Position numbers and translations under genes: made by a program
DNA from: Candidatus Giovannonibacteria bacterium
Lineage (GTDB): Bacteria; Patescibacteriota; Minisyncoccia; JACPKW01; UBA11713
Length of the DNA: 64,000 bases
Direction: 5' to 3'
Assembly: GCA_023266875.1 (NCBI GenBank)
Contig: JAHFOJ010000002.1
Location: 3,163 to 67,162, forward strand
Shown: positions 48,159-56,902 of the stretch, piece by piece
Layout: every line of letters starts with the position of its first letter
Numbering within the stretch: position 1 is the stretch's first letter
The notes under the pieces: model-generated
What the model was told of the DNA's origin: nothing
Databases searched by the model: none
Seen by the model: only the letters and a program-made list of their open reading frames with translations

Positions 48159-48989
48159 TTAGTCTTTTACTCCAATTAGTATTGTTTGTAACTCATTTTG
48201 ATAAGCGTGAATTGTATTAAATCCGGCTTGATTAGCAAGGATTTTTAAAAAATCCTCTGAACGATAGTGGGTATAAAGTTCTGCAATATTTTTCATTAGA
48301 TATTCGGAAAATTTATGCGGCATCATTCCTGATGTAAAAAATATCCCACCTTCTTTTAAATTATTGTGGGCAATTTTATAAAAATGCAGAGTATCCTCAT
48401 CGCTTAAGAACTCAGTGAACCCCGTACAGATAATCATATCGTATTTTTTGTTTTTTCGGTAGCTCTCTTCATTAAACGCATCCCCTTGCCAAAAAAACAT
48501 TTGATGCTTGTGATGATCATTTTTCTTTCCTAATACCTCTATGAGTTCACGATCCAAATCAATTCCATGCCATCTGATGCGCTTATAAAATGGGTGACTC
48601 GCGATTTGTAGTTCATGGGCGACTTCAAAAATTTCTCTCCCGAGTCCACATGGCACTGCTAAAATATCAATCGGCTCTTTGTGACGCACGTTATCTATAA
48701 GATTGTAGATTTCTTCTTTAGCGTGAATATATCTTGATCGGAGGGAACGAGACGACTTTAAATTTAAGAGTATGGAATCAAGTATTTTTCCGATAACAAA
48801 TTTACCCTTGGGTTTATTGGCATAGATATGATCAGCAAATTGATAGCTTCCTGAATTTTTAATTCCTTCACGAGCCAGCTCACTTGTTAATAGTAAATAA
48901 TAAATAGGCAAAAGATAGGACTTTCCCTCTCTCAATAATTTTCTAGGGATCGAGGAAGATTGGCGAGTTTTATTGTAACATTTTGGCAT
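48159..48989 (-). CDS. Class I SAM-dependent methyltransferase
   Basis: Motif I ILAVPCGLGREIF and WHGIDLD, with a Rossmann MTase arrangement. Confidence 0.7.
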   Translation of the reverse strand: MPKCYNKTRQSSSIPRKLLREGKSYLLPIYYLLLTSELAREGIKNSGSYQFADHIYANKPKGKFVIGKILDSILLNLKSSRSLRSRYIHAKEEIYNLIDNVRHKEPIDILAVPCGLGREIFEVAHELQIASHPFYKRIRWHGIDLDRELIEVLGKKNDHHKHQMFFWQGDAFNEESYRKNKKYDMIICTGFTEFLSDEDTLHFYKIAHNNLKEGGIFFTSGMMPHKFSEYLMKNIAELYTHYRSEDFLKILANQAGFNTIHAYQNELQTILIGVKD

Positions 48990-49743
48990 ATTTTTTGAAT
49001 TTCTTTGGCCAGGTCTTTTGGTCGCCCCCCCAAACTTTTAAACTATAGGCGGTCAATCTTTCTATACCAAAAGCAACACAGAGAGAGTTTGAAAAAGTCT
49101 TGCCATTTTTTATGTCGAAGCGTTTCCCAAAAAAATCTTCGTGATTGTTTATTGAAGCTAACGCGATTTTTCTTTTTCCATCATGTACTATAAATTCTTG
49201 TTTGAGACCTTTAAGTTGCTGAATCATTTTTGCCCCCTCATCTTGTCCAAGAAAGAAAGCATCTGTGGCATTTTTAAACTCACCATTGAACCCGAAATCA
49301 GTAAGGGTTGTTTTTACTAAATCTTCAATCCTCTTAATTTTTTCGATAATCTCTTTTTCATTTCCAATAATTACCAATTCAACCATATGAAAATCTGGGA
49401 GACGATATGGTGATTGCCAATTTCCATTCTCATATCTTGCGCAATGAGCCATTCCAAATGCGGCGTACTTCTTTACGTCTTTACCTTTTAGTTCGGGATA
49501 TACATGTAGGCAAGCCGCCGGTGTTACAAATTGCTCTGTTGAATTAAGAGTATTCATTGCAGTAAAAAGTTGATTTGGAAAATGTTTAAAATATTTTGCA
49601 TCAAACAAAACCTTTTTCGAAATGAAAAGAGGCGGGTTGAAAACTGAATCATAATGGGGACGGAAAATGTTATGCAAAAATAACACCCACGCTTGGAATA
49701 AGCGTATTTTTTGCAACATCGATTTATTATGAGTTTTAGTCAT
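48970..49743 (-). CDS. Truncated seryl-tRNA-synthetase-like class II catalytic core, a putative amino acid:[carrier-protein] ligase
   Basis: 257 aa lacking the N-terminal tRNA-binding arm. Motif 2-like is ...HCARYENG...YRLPDFHMVELVI (compare SerRS CFRREAG...RVHQFEKVE). Motif 3-like is CVAFGIERL. It overlaps the downstream ACP gene by 8 nt. Confidence 0.65.
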   Translation of the reverse strand: MTKTHNKSMLQKIRLFQAWVLFLHNIFRPHYDSVFNPPLFISKKVLFDAKYFKHFPNQLFTAMNTLNSTEQFVTPAACLHVYPELKGKDVKKYAAFGMAHCARYENGNWQSPYRLPDFHMVELVIIGNEKEIIEKIKRIEDLVKTTLTDFGFNGEFKNATDAFFLGQDEGAKMIQQLKGLKQEFIVHDGKRKIALASINNHEDFFGKRFDIKNGKTFSNSLCVAFGIERLTAYSLKVWGGDQKTWPKKFKKYAKMLQ

Positions 49744-49969
49744 CGCTCTTCAAAAATGTTTCCACTATCTTCCGAACAGATTCAAAATTTGGCATTATAA
49801 CTTCATCGTCTGTTAATTTTCGTCCCAAATGCTTTTCTATATAGCCGATAAGATCGAGAATATTCATTGAATCTAATACTTTATCCTTAAATAGGAGGGT
49901 ATTTGAATCGATGGTTCGACCCTTATCACGACAAATGCTTTTTATAAATTTTAGAAGTTCCTGTTGCAT
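49736..49969 (-). CDS. Acyl/aminoacyl carrier protein (phosphopantetheine attachment DSMN)
   Basis: 77 aa with KVLDSMNILDLIGYIE, a PP-binding serine. Confidence 0.75.
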   Translation of the reverse strand: MQQELLKFIKSICRDKGRTIDSNTLLFKDKVLDSMNILDLIGYIEKHLGRKLTDDEVIMPNFESVRKIVETFLKSDD

Positions 49970-49970
49970 A

Positions 49971-51131
49971 TTATTGAATTTTACCCCATTTAGATTTTAT
50001 GCAGTACTCTATAACTTTTCCGTAGTAATCGCGAATACCCGGCAAATGCTTTTTATAATCTGGGAGCATCGCCAACAGACTGTTTTGGAAAAAGTTTTTT
50101 GGATAGAGAAGTTGATGGGCAAAATGATTAAGAGCGGATAATACGTTTTTTAAAACGGGATTATTTGCGGATACCGCTGAATTCATAAAGAGGTCAAAAG
50201 CCTCTTCTGATACAATAGCTGGTTTAGGATAGTTTTTTTCTACCCAGCTAGAGTCTGCTTCTGCCATGCCCTTAAAACTCTCATCTATGATTTCTTGCAG
50301 GGTTAGTGATCCTGATCCGTGTGTAATATGAAAAGTTTTATTTGGGGAAAAGTTATTCCAAAAGAGGTTAAAAAGAGTACTCGCCGTATAGTCACTCGAA
50401 ATGAGATCAACAGAGTAGTTAGGAGTACCAGGAAACATTGAAGCTAAGCCAAGATACATCATGCGTATTGCTTGGTGGGGTGCAGTAAAATGACTAACCT
50501 TTCCTGTTTTACTATCGCCAATTACCGTAGAAAGGCGGTATATAGCCACAGGAACACTTTTAGCCAAGTTCTTCAAAAATACCTCCGCTTCATATTTGGA
50601 TTGCTCGTATGTATTTACAAAACCAGCCTCATGTTCTAACTCGTTTTCTTTGATAATCCCTATTCTTTTGCCGCTTACGTAAGCTGTGCTTATAAAGCCA
50701 AATTGTTTGAGGTTAGAACACTTTTGACCAAAGTCAGCAACATTTTTTGTGCCGGTAACATTTATTTGTCTTGCTTCACCCAGCGGAAGATCAAATCTCG
50801 TAGAGGCGGCACAGTGAAAAATATGGGTCGTTTTACCAAGTAGATCGTTATAGTCGGAAGAACTTTCTACCCCCATATTCTGTTTTGTGATATCGCCCTT
50901 TATAATTTGTAATCTTTCCATGAATTCTTTTTTATTTTGCAATGCAAAAAATGATTGTAAAATCGTTTTTTTATCACCACCCGATCCCTTGTCATGTACT
51001 AAAAGATAGATATTTGCTTGAGTATTTTTAAACAAAAGAGAAACGAGCTCTCTCCCTACCATCCCCGTGCCACCGGTAATAAAAATTTGTTGCGCCATAT
51101 ACTCTAATGTTGCAAGATTAGACAAGACCAA
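49971..51131 (-). CDS. NAD(P)-dependent thioester reductase (fatty acyl-CoA/ACP reductase-like, NAD_binding_4/SDR fold)
   Basis: Rossmann ITGGTGMVG, catalytic YEQSK (YxxxK), and a length and organisation typical of terminal reductase (R) domains. Confidence 0.7.
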   Translation of the reverse strand: MVLSNLATLEYMAQQIFITGGTGMVGRELVSLLFKNTQANIYLLVHDKGSGGDKKTILQSFFALQNKKEFMERLQIIKGDITKQNMGVESSSDYNDLLGKTTHIFHCAASTRFDLPLGEARQINVTGTKNVADFGQKCSNLKQFGFISTAYVSGKRIGIIKENELEHEAGFVNTYEQSKYEAEVFLKNLAKSVPVAIYRLSTVIGDSKTGKVSHFTAPHQAIRMMYLGLASMFPGTPNYSVDLISSDYTASTLFNLFWNNFSPNKTFHITHGSGSLTLQEIIDESFKGMAEADSSWVEKNYPKPAIVSEEAFDLFMNSAVSANNPVLKNVLSALNHFAHQLLYPKNFFQNSLLAMLPDYKKHLPGIRDYYGKVIEYCIKSKWGKIQ

Positions 51132-52075
51132 TTGGCTCCAAAGCCAAACGTAAATAACGCCAGATAATCTCCTTTTTTAAGATAGCCATCTTTATCCATA
51201 TCTACGAGATTAATAATATGATCACAAGAAACGGTGTGACCAACTCGTGATATATTTTTTGACCAAATCTTTTCCATTGGAGTGTGAAGTAGCTTTGAGA
51301 GTATCTCCCAACTCCTTAAACTCACATTATGAGGTACAAACCATTTAATATCTGACATGGTTAATCCCGCCCCCTTAACTGCGTTTTCAATTGTCCGTTG
51401 TGCCATTGGAAAATAAGAAGCTAATAATTCGTTTTCATGTTGCGGGGTATCCCAGTAGTAGGATTGAAATTCTTGATGAAAATATACTATCCTATTCTTT
51501 TCGGAATTTTTGGTGACTACAAGTGCTGCCGTGGCATCACTCATAATGTTGTACATAATTTCTCTTTTGGTTCCAGCTGGTAATGCATCAACAGCTGCGC
51601 ATAGTATTGATTCTTGTTGCGTGTTTGAGTTAGAAAGCAATTGATCCGCCAGATCAATTGCAGATAACAATCCGCTGCAACCCTGTTGAGATAGACCAAT
51701 TGCGTTCGCATTAAAAAGCCCAAGCTTATGTCGAAGCTCTGCGGCCGGATAACGAAATAAATTCAATGCGTTACCCTCATCTTGGTTATTAGCACTGTTG
51801 ATTCCGGAGTATAAAAAAATTCGAGTAATACTATCACCGGTAGTTTTATTTTCGCGCAAGACTTCTTCGGCGCTATTTAATAAAAGACCCTCAATGCTCT
51901 CGTTGTTGCTTTGAACATAACATTCCCTAAATCCAAAATCGTGCAATACTGATACAGGCGAAGTGATCTTCTTTTCTTCCTCGAGTTGTTCAAGCGACTT
52001 CTTATTTCTGGGAAGCCGATATGCCAGCGCCGCTATACCAATTGATGTTTGGCTTTTGTCTATATTTTTTTTCAT
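51104..52075 (-). CDS. 3-oxoacyl-ACP synthase III (FabH-like) ketosynthase/acyltransferase
   Basis: The active-site Cys block GCSGLLSAIDLA, the His block WFVPHNVS and the C-terminal FGFGANWSCLIL, all in the thiolase fold. Confidence 0.75.
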   Translation of the reverse strand: MKKNIDKSQTSIGIAALAYRLPRNKKSLEQLEEEKKITSPVSVLHDFGFRECYVQSNNESIEGLLLNSAEEVLRENKTTGDSITRIFLYSGINSANNQDEGNALNLFRYPAAELRHKLGLFNANAIGLSQQGCSGLLSAIDLADQLLSNSNTQQESILCAAVDALPAGTKREIMYNIMSDATAALVVTKNSEKNRIVYFHQEFQSYYWDTPQHENELLASYFPMAQRTIENAVKGAGLTMSDIKWFVPHNVSLRSWEILSKLLHTPMEKIWSKNISRVGHTVSCDHIINLVDMDKDGYLKKGDYLALFTFGFGANWSCLILQH

Positions 52076-52694
52076 AAGCTACGCTGATATAAAAATCTTT
52101 TACCTTAAATGGCCAAACATACCAAATAGGCGATTTAAATTTATGCATCTTAACTTTAAAAGTTGTATTTTTAATCTTATCAATAATTTCTGCTTGTTTG
52201 GGAGGTATAGCAAAACCAACCCCGACTCCTTTCATAACTGACTCTTTGATAACCCAGATTAGGCTTATTATATCTGTTCTACTCCCAAAAAAATTTTGCA
52301 CTAAGTCTATCTCATTCTGGTCAGCAACATAGTTAAGAAGAGATTTTTTATGAGGTCTAATCTTCTCTATGTCGATACCTACTTTATATGGAGCGACAAC
52401 TCCAATTCCTCGATCATACGAATGACTCAATGAATAATAAATATTATACCGTCCTTCAATATACGGCAATCCATTTTCGGCATTTTTAATAGTTACATCC
52501 TTATCTAAATCCTCGGCGACATAGTTGGTCAGGGCTTGTTTTAATGCAATGCGTCCTAGCAAAAAATCTTTCTTTCTATTATTGGAGAGTTGGCGATATT
52601 GATGAAGTTCGTTTTTATTTAGCTTCGACTTGGCATTGGAATCGATTTTATTAATGCCGACTATACTGGATGTCATGCTTATATAATCACACAA
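52002..52694 (-). CDS. 4'-phosphopantetheinyl transferase (Sfp type)
   Basis: VGIDIEKI (GxDxE) and WVIKESVMKGVGVG (W..KEA..K motif). Confidence 0.75.
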   Translation of the reverse strand: MCDYISMTSSIVGINKIDSNAKSKLNKNELHQYRQLSNNRKKDFLLGRIALKQALTNYVAEDLDKDVTIKNAENGLPYIEGRYNIYYSLSHSYDRGIGVVAPYKVGIDIEKIRPHKKSLLNYVADQNEIDLVQNFFGSRTDIISLIWVIKESVMKGVGVGFAIPPKQAEIIDKIKNTTFKVKMHKFKSPIWYVWPFKVKDFYISVAYEKKYRQKPNINWYSGAGISASQK

Positions 52695-52713
52695 AATCTG
52701 TTATAATTCAACT

Positions 52714-53214
52714 ATGATTTTAACCTACATTTATTTGGGTTTGGTATTACTTGGACTTTGTTTTATTGCTTTTCGAAATAAGACTTCACTATTAAGGGGC
52801 GATAGATTTTTAAGATTCAACTTATTTTTTTTAATAATATCAGTGGTAATTGTTTTTGTAAGAAAAACATCCCTAGAAGACTTAATCATGATTGGTCTAG
52901 CATTTGTTGTAATAATTTCGTTTTTGTTTAGAAACAAGTGGCTGCTATTTAAATACTCATCTCTTAAAACATCGGCTGTTGTAGAAGACTCATTATCAAG
53001 AGTTTTGATACCATTTCAAAAAACAGAGAGTGGATATATACTTAAACCGACACCAGAAGGAAGTACTTATTTGCGATTGGCGAATTTTTGGCCAAATTGT
53101 GCTATTATTATTTTCGGAGGCGATTGGCATTTAAAAAAGGTCGAGGTGCTAAAAAACCTTCTCAAGAAAAATTTTTCTGGGGTATTCCCCAAACTAGTAA
53201 TTAAATTAAAATAA
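52714..53214 (+). CDS. Hypothetical integral membrane protein
   Basis: 166 aa with about 4 TM helices. It is divergent from the biosynthetic operon. Confidence 0.4.
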   Translation: MILTYIYLGLVLLGLCFIAFRNKTSLLRGDRFLRFNLFFLIISVVIVFVRKTSLEDLIMIGLAFVVIISFLFRNKWLLFKYSSLKTSAVVEDSLSRVLIPFQKTESGYILKPTPEGSTYLRLANFWPNCAIIIFGGDWHLKKVEVLKNLLKKNFSGVFPKLVIKLK

Positions 53215-53218
53215 CCTT

Positions 53219-53656
53219 ATGTCACGAGTTACTAAAGTAGCTTCAATAAAAGCAGAGCCAGCTAAGGTGATAGAGTACATTGCTAATGTAAAAAATCATC
53301 CAGCTTTTATTTCGGCACTAAAATCAATCGACAACCTCAATGGGGATCCAAAGCACATGGGTGAAAGCTGGGATTGGACATTCGTTATGGGCGGAGTTGA
53401 GATCAATGGTAAGGCAGAGACGGCTGACTATGTGGCAGGCAAACACTATTCGTTCAAAACCACCGGTGGTATAGTAAGCGCTTTTAGCTACAGTGTTGAG
53501 CCCGAAGATGGCGGTGCAAGACTGACTATGGATGTGAACTATGAAGTTCCACAAAATGTGCTTGCCAAAGCAATGGACAAAGCTGTTGTTGAGCGATTGA
53601 ACAATCAAGAAGGTGATCGAGCGGTTGAGAATCTTCAAGCTATACTCGGAGTTTAA
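53219..53656 (+). CDS. SRPBCC (START/Bet v1/polyketide cyclase-like) ligand-binding protein
   Basis: 145 aa with ...AEPAKVIEYIANVKNHPAF... and a fold-typical pattern. Confidence 0.65.
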   Translation: MSRVTKVASIKAEPAKVIEYIANVKNHPAFISALKSIDNLNGDPKHMGESWDWTFVMGGVEINGKAETADYVAGKHYSFKTTGGIVSAFSYSVEPEDGGARLTMDVNYEVPQNVLAKAMDKAVVERLNNQEGDRAVENLQAILGV

Positions 53657-53687
53657 TGAATTTCTTGTCCGGCATTGTTCCAATGCT

Positions 53688-54287
53688 ATGGTTGTATTTG
53701 CTCAATATTGCTTTTACCTTATCTCCCATCCTCTATTTAAGATATTTTTTCAACCAAAAATCGTTGGCATCGAACATATACCAACGAGGCCTTTCATTGT
53801 AGCGGCAAATCATACTTCAAAAATAGACCCGTTTCTTTTGTGTCTATTACCTTTTTCAGCAGCTAAACAATTGATGCCAATTTATTTTTTAACCAGTGAA
53901 TATTATTATAAAAAATGGTATCTCAAGCCTATATTAAAATTGTTTGGTTGTTATCCCGTAGCGAAAAGGGCATGGACAATGGAAGAATTTTTGTCCAGCA
54001 GTCTTAAGAAACTAAAGAATGGAAAGGTAATCATGTTTTTCCCTGAGGGGAAAATTATAAATGATGGCAAGAGAGATAAACCTCGGCCAGGGATTGGATA
54101 TTTAATCGAAAAATCAAGTAAGCCGATTTTACCCTTACACATAGAGTGGGGTAAAAACAAAGCCCTCGCTCCTAAAAAATTAAAACTTTCTTTTGGTAAG
54201 TTACTGTCATTCCAAAATGAGAGTGGACAACTAAATTCTTATGGAAAAACAGCAGAAAAAATAATGGCAAATATTTATTCATTATAA
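53688..54287 (+). CDS. Second PlsC-family acyltransferase
   Basis: The NHxxxxD motif (AANHTSKIDP) and FPEGK motif. The ATG at 53688 is more likely than the track start. Confidence 0.75.
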   Translation: MVVFAQYCFYLISHPLFKIFFQPKIVGIEHIPTRPFIVAANHTSKIDPFLLCLLPFSAAKQLMPIYFLTSEYYYKKWYLKPILKLFGCYPVAKRAWTMEEFLSSSLKKLKNGKVIMFFPEGKIINDGKRDKPRPGIGYLIEKSSKPILPLHIEWGKNKALAPKKLKLSFGKLLSFQNESGQLNSYGKTAEKIMANIYSL

Positions 54288-54376
54288 ACTATTAGCTATC
54301 GGAAAATCTCTCATAATTGAGCATATCGGTCGCGCAAGTGGGTTAGCCCACATACTTCCTCGATACAAAATGTTGT

Positions 54377-54454
54377 TGGCGCCCCCGCCGGGATTTGAAC
54401 CCGGGTTACATGGATGAGAACCATGCGTCCTGGACCAGGCTAGACGACAGGGGC
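54377..54454 (-). tRNA. tRNA-Glu (anticodon CTC)
   Basis: Manual cloverleaf: GCCCCTG acceptor, anticodon stem CATGG/CCATG with loop TTCTCAT, T-arm CCGGG-TTCAAAT-CCCGG and 3' GCCA. The 5' half resembles canonical tRNA-Glu. Confidence 0.8.
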
Positions 54455-54552
54455 ATTGTTTTTAAAATAATATCTTTTTCTGATTAAAAATTCAATAAAA
54501 TTATACCTCATAGACCTTTTCGTGCGAAAAGGTCTATGCTGTTTTGATCTAA

Positions 54553-55851
54553 TTAAATCTTCTTCCATTCCTCTTCCTGCCTCACCAAAAGTCCAGATTT
54601 TCGCTCCGGCTCTGCCATAATTTGCTCCACAACTTTTTCCATCCGCATCGATTGCGAGCCTTTCACTAAAATTAGATCGCCGGACTCAAGTTTTCTTTCA
54701 AGATCAATCCCCGCCTCTGCTGAATCGTTAAAATAAAAAATATTCTCCTTTATAAATCCTGAAGCAATCGCGCCCTCCGCGAAAAATTTAGAGCGCACTC
54801 CTACAATAAAAAGAATATTAGTATATTTTGATAGTTTCTCCCCTATCTCGCGGTGCGCTGGAATAGTGAAGCGACCGAGTTCGGTCATATCTCCCAAAAC
54901 AGCGATGCGGCGTTTCGCTTTAAGCGCCCGCAGAACCTCAAGCGACGCTAAAAGTGCCTTAGGCGAAGAATTATATGTGTCGTCCAAAACGTAAGAATCT
55001 TTTAGTCCGCGGATCAAGTTTAAGCGTCCGGGCGGAGATTCGAAACGTGACAATGCGCTTACCGCGTCCTCCAACTTTATTTTCATTGCAAGGCCGCATC
55101 CAAGCGCCGCAAGCGCGGCATATATTTGATGTTTGCCGAACGTATTTAAAATTTTTACAGGATATTCTTCTTCAAGATGCTTAACTTTAAATTCCATACC
55201 CTCAGGAACAGACATCCTCCCCTCTTTTCTTGTGAATATTTCATATTTAGATCCAGAAAAATCGGCTTTTTTTGAAAAACCGAAAGTTAAAATTTTCGCG
55301 CTTATTTTCTCGCGTATTTTCATAATCTCTTCGTCATCTGAATTCAACAGGACTGTATCATCCGGCCCTAAATCTTTAACCAATTCAAATTTTTCACGGA
55401 ACACTTCCTCAGGCCCAGAAAAAAATTCCACATGCACAGGAGTCGGCTGAAGCGCTGTTATGACCGCAATGTCTGGTTTAAGATATGTGCGAATTTTTTG
55501 GATATCGCCGGGGCGATCAGCTCCAATTTCAAGCACAAGCAACTTGGGATATTTCTCGCGAAATAAAATAAGCTTAAGCCCCTTAGCGATCGCATCGAGC
55601 CATTTGGAAACTGAATGCCATCCGGTTTCCGCTCCAATAATCGTAAGCGGAACGCCAAGTTCGCTATTGTAGCTTTTCTGGCTTTTGCGAATTTCTATAG
55701 ATTGGCCAAGCACCAAAGCGATAGCGTCTTTGGCAGAAGTTTTTCCAACCGATCCAGTCACCGCAACAATTTTTGGCTTATATTTCTTGAGAATTAGCCT
55801 CGATTCCCAAGTTAAAATAGCTACGACAATTTTCTTAAGGAAATCCCGCAT
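54553..55851 (-). CDS. murF: UDP-N-acetylmuramoyl-tripeptide--D-alanyl-D-alanine ligase MurF
   Basis: Mur ligase P-loop VTGSVGKTSAKD and the central and C-terminal Mur ligase domains. Confidence 0.88.
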   Translation of the reverse strand: MRDFLKKIVVAILTWESRLILKKYKPKIVAVTGSVGKTSAKDAIALVLGQSIEIRKSQKSYNSELGVPLTIIGAETGWHSVSKWLDAIAKGLKLILFREKYPKLLVLEIGADRPGDIQKIRTYLKPDIAVITALQPTPVHVEFFSGPEEVFREKFELVKDLGPDDTVLLNSDDEEIMKIREKISAKILTFGFSKKADFSGSKYEIFTRKEGRMSVPEGMEFKVKHLEEEYPVKILNTFGKHQIYAALAALGCGLAMKIKLEDAVSALSRFESPPGRLNLIRGLKDSYVLDDTYNSSPKALLASLEVLRALKAKRRIAVLGDMTELGRFTIPAHREIGEKLSKYTNILFIVGVRSKFFAEGAIASGFIKENIFYFNDSAEAGIDLERKLESGDLILVKGSQSMRMEKVVEQIMAEPERKSGLLVRQEEEWKKI

Positions 55852-55867
55852 ATCCCAATTATACCAA

Positions 55868-56374
55868 TTATACCAAGAATGGCTCTCTTTTGCGCTTGCG
55901 CGCGAAAAACCAAATATACAAAATAACAAGTAATATTACGTCGGGAATTAAAATTTCGGGCGAAGCCCAAGGGTGCCCATTTATTTCAAAATGCGAGAAA
56001 GGCCATAAAAATGGAGTTGGAAAAAATTTATAGGAGTGGGTTGGTATGTCCATTAAGATGTGAAGTCCCCAAGCGGAAAATTCCCAAAGCGGCCGCCTTA
56101 AAATAATCCACAAAAGACCGAACAGAAGCACAAAGACGAATAGACTGTGGCTTATATTGTAAACTTGATAGACAAACTGCGGAATAGAATCCGGCACCGG
56201 CGGCTCCGCTGAAAAATTTGGTCTCGGAACAATCCTCAAAAACATTAAAACAAAAAATGGCCCGAAGGCGATGAGGTCTGGCAGGATTCCGAACACAAAA
56301 GAAAGCCAGAAACTTTTTTTTGATTTCCGTCCGAACGCAACGCCTCCCCATAGGCCGTGCGAGATTATATCCAT
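55868..56374 (-). CDS. Membrane-bound metal-dependent hydrolase (YdjM/DUF457-like)
   Basis: 168-aa polytopic membrane protein with conserved His residues (MDIISHGLWG..., ...DIPTHSY...). Confidence 0.5.
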   Translation of the reverse strand: MDIISHGLWGGVAFGRKSKKSFWLSFVFGILPDLIAFGPFFVLMFLRIVPRPNFSAEPPVPDSIPQFVYQVYNISHSLFVFVLLFGLLWIILRRPLWEFSAWGLHILMDIPTHSYKFFPTPFLWPFSHFEINGHPWASPEILIPDVILLVILYIWFFARKRKREPFLV

Positions 56375-56422
56375 GTCTTAATCCTAAAAGTTTGTGACCT
56401 TAAAAAAATTTTAATTATTAGG

Positions 56423-56863
56423 CTAATTATTATTTTCCGGCATCTTTGGCCTAATTTGGATTGACTGGGCATTAATGCTGCCTTCCGAATTTACGCTTCC
56501 GTTTGCTGATACAGTTTCGCCAACAGCCAAATCGGCGATCGAGCCCCCGGCGGATTTTACTATCTGGGTTGAGGCAGATAAGAATACTATTTTTGATCCG
56601 CCGTTATTAGGAAGTTTTATTGTAATTGATTTATCGTCTTTTGCAATAATATCGCCGGCTATAAATCCAACTCCCGCTGTCCCGCCGCCCCTGCCAACGC
56701 GCGCACCGCCTCCTCCATTAGCATTAGGCGCAAACTGGCCATTTGCGAAATTGGCTCTGGAAGCGGCCCGAACGCTATCAGCATATTTCATACCGCAGTA
56801 AAATGAACCTCCGGCAATAACGATTGCTCCTATCACTAACCCTGTAATTATTTTCTTATCCAT
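56423..56863 (-). CDS. Hypothetical membrane-anchored Gly-rich protein, paralogous to 60553..61032
   Basis: An N-terminal TM segment, a G/N-rich linker and a C-terminal domain (...DIIAKDDKSITIKL...GETVSANGSVNSEGSINAQSIQIRP). Confidence 0.45.
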   Translation of the reverse strand: MDKKIITGLVIGAIVIAGGSFYCGMKYADSVRAASRANFANGQFAPNANGGGGARVGRGGGTAGVGFIAGDIIAKDDKSITIKLPNNGGSKIVFLSASTQIVKSAGGSIADLAVGETVSANGSVNSEGSINAQSIQIRPKMPENNN

Positions 56864-56902
56864 AATTAATAATAAATTATATTAATAAATTAACCTTTTC
56901 AA

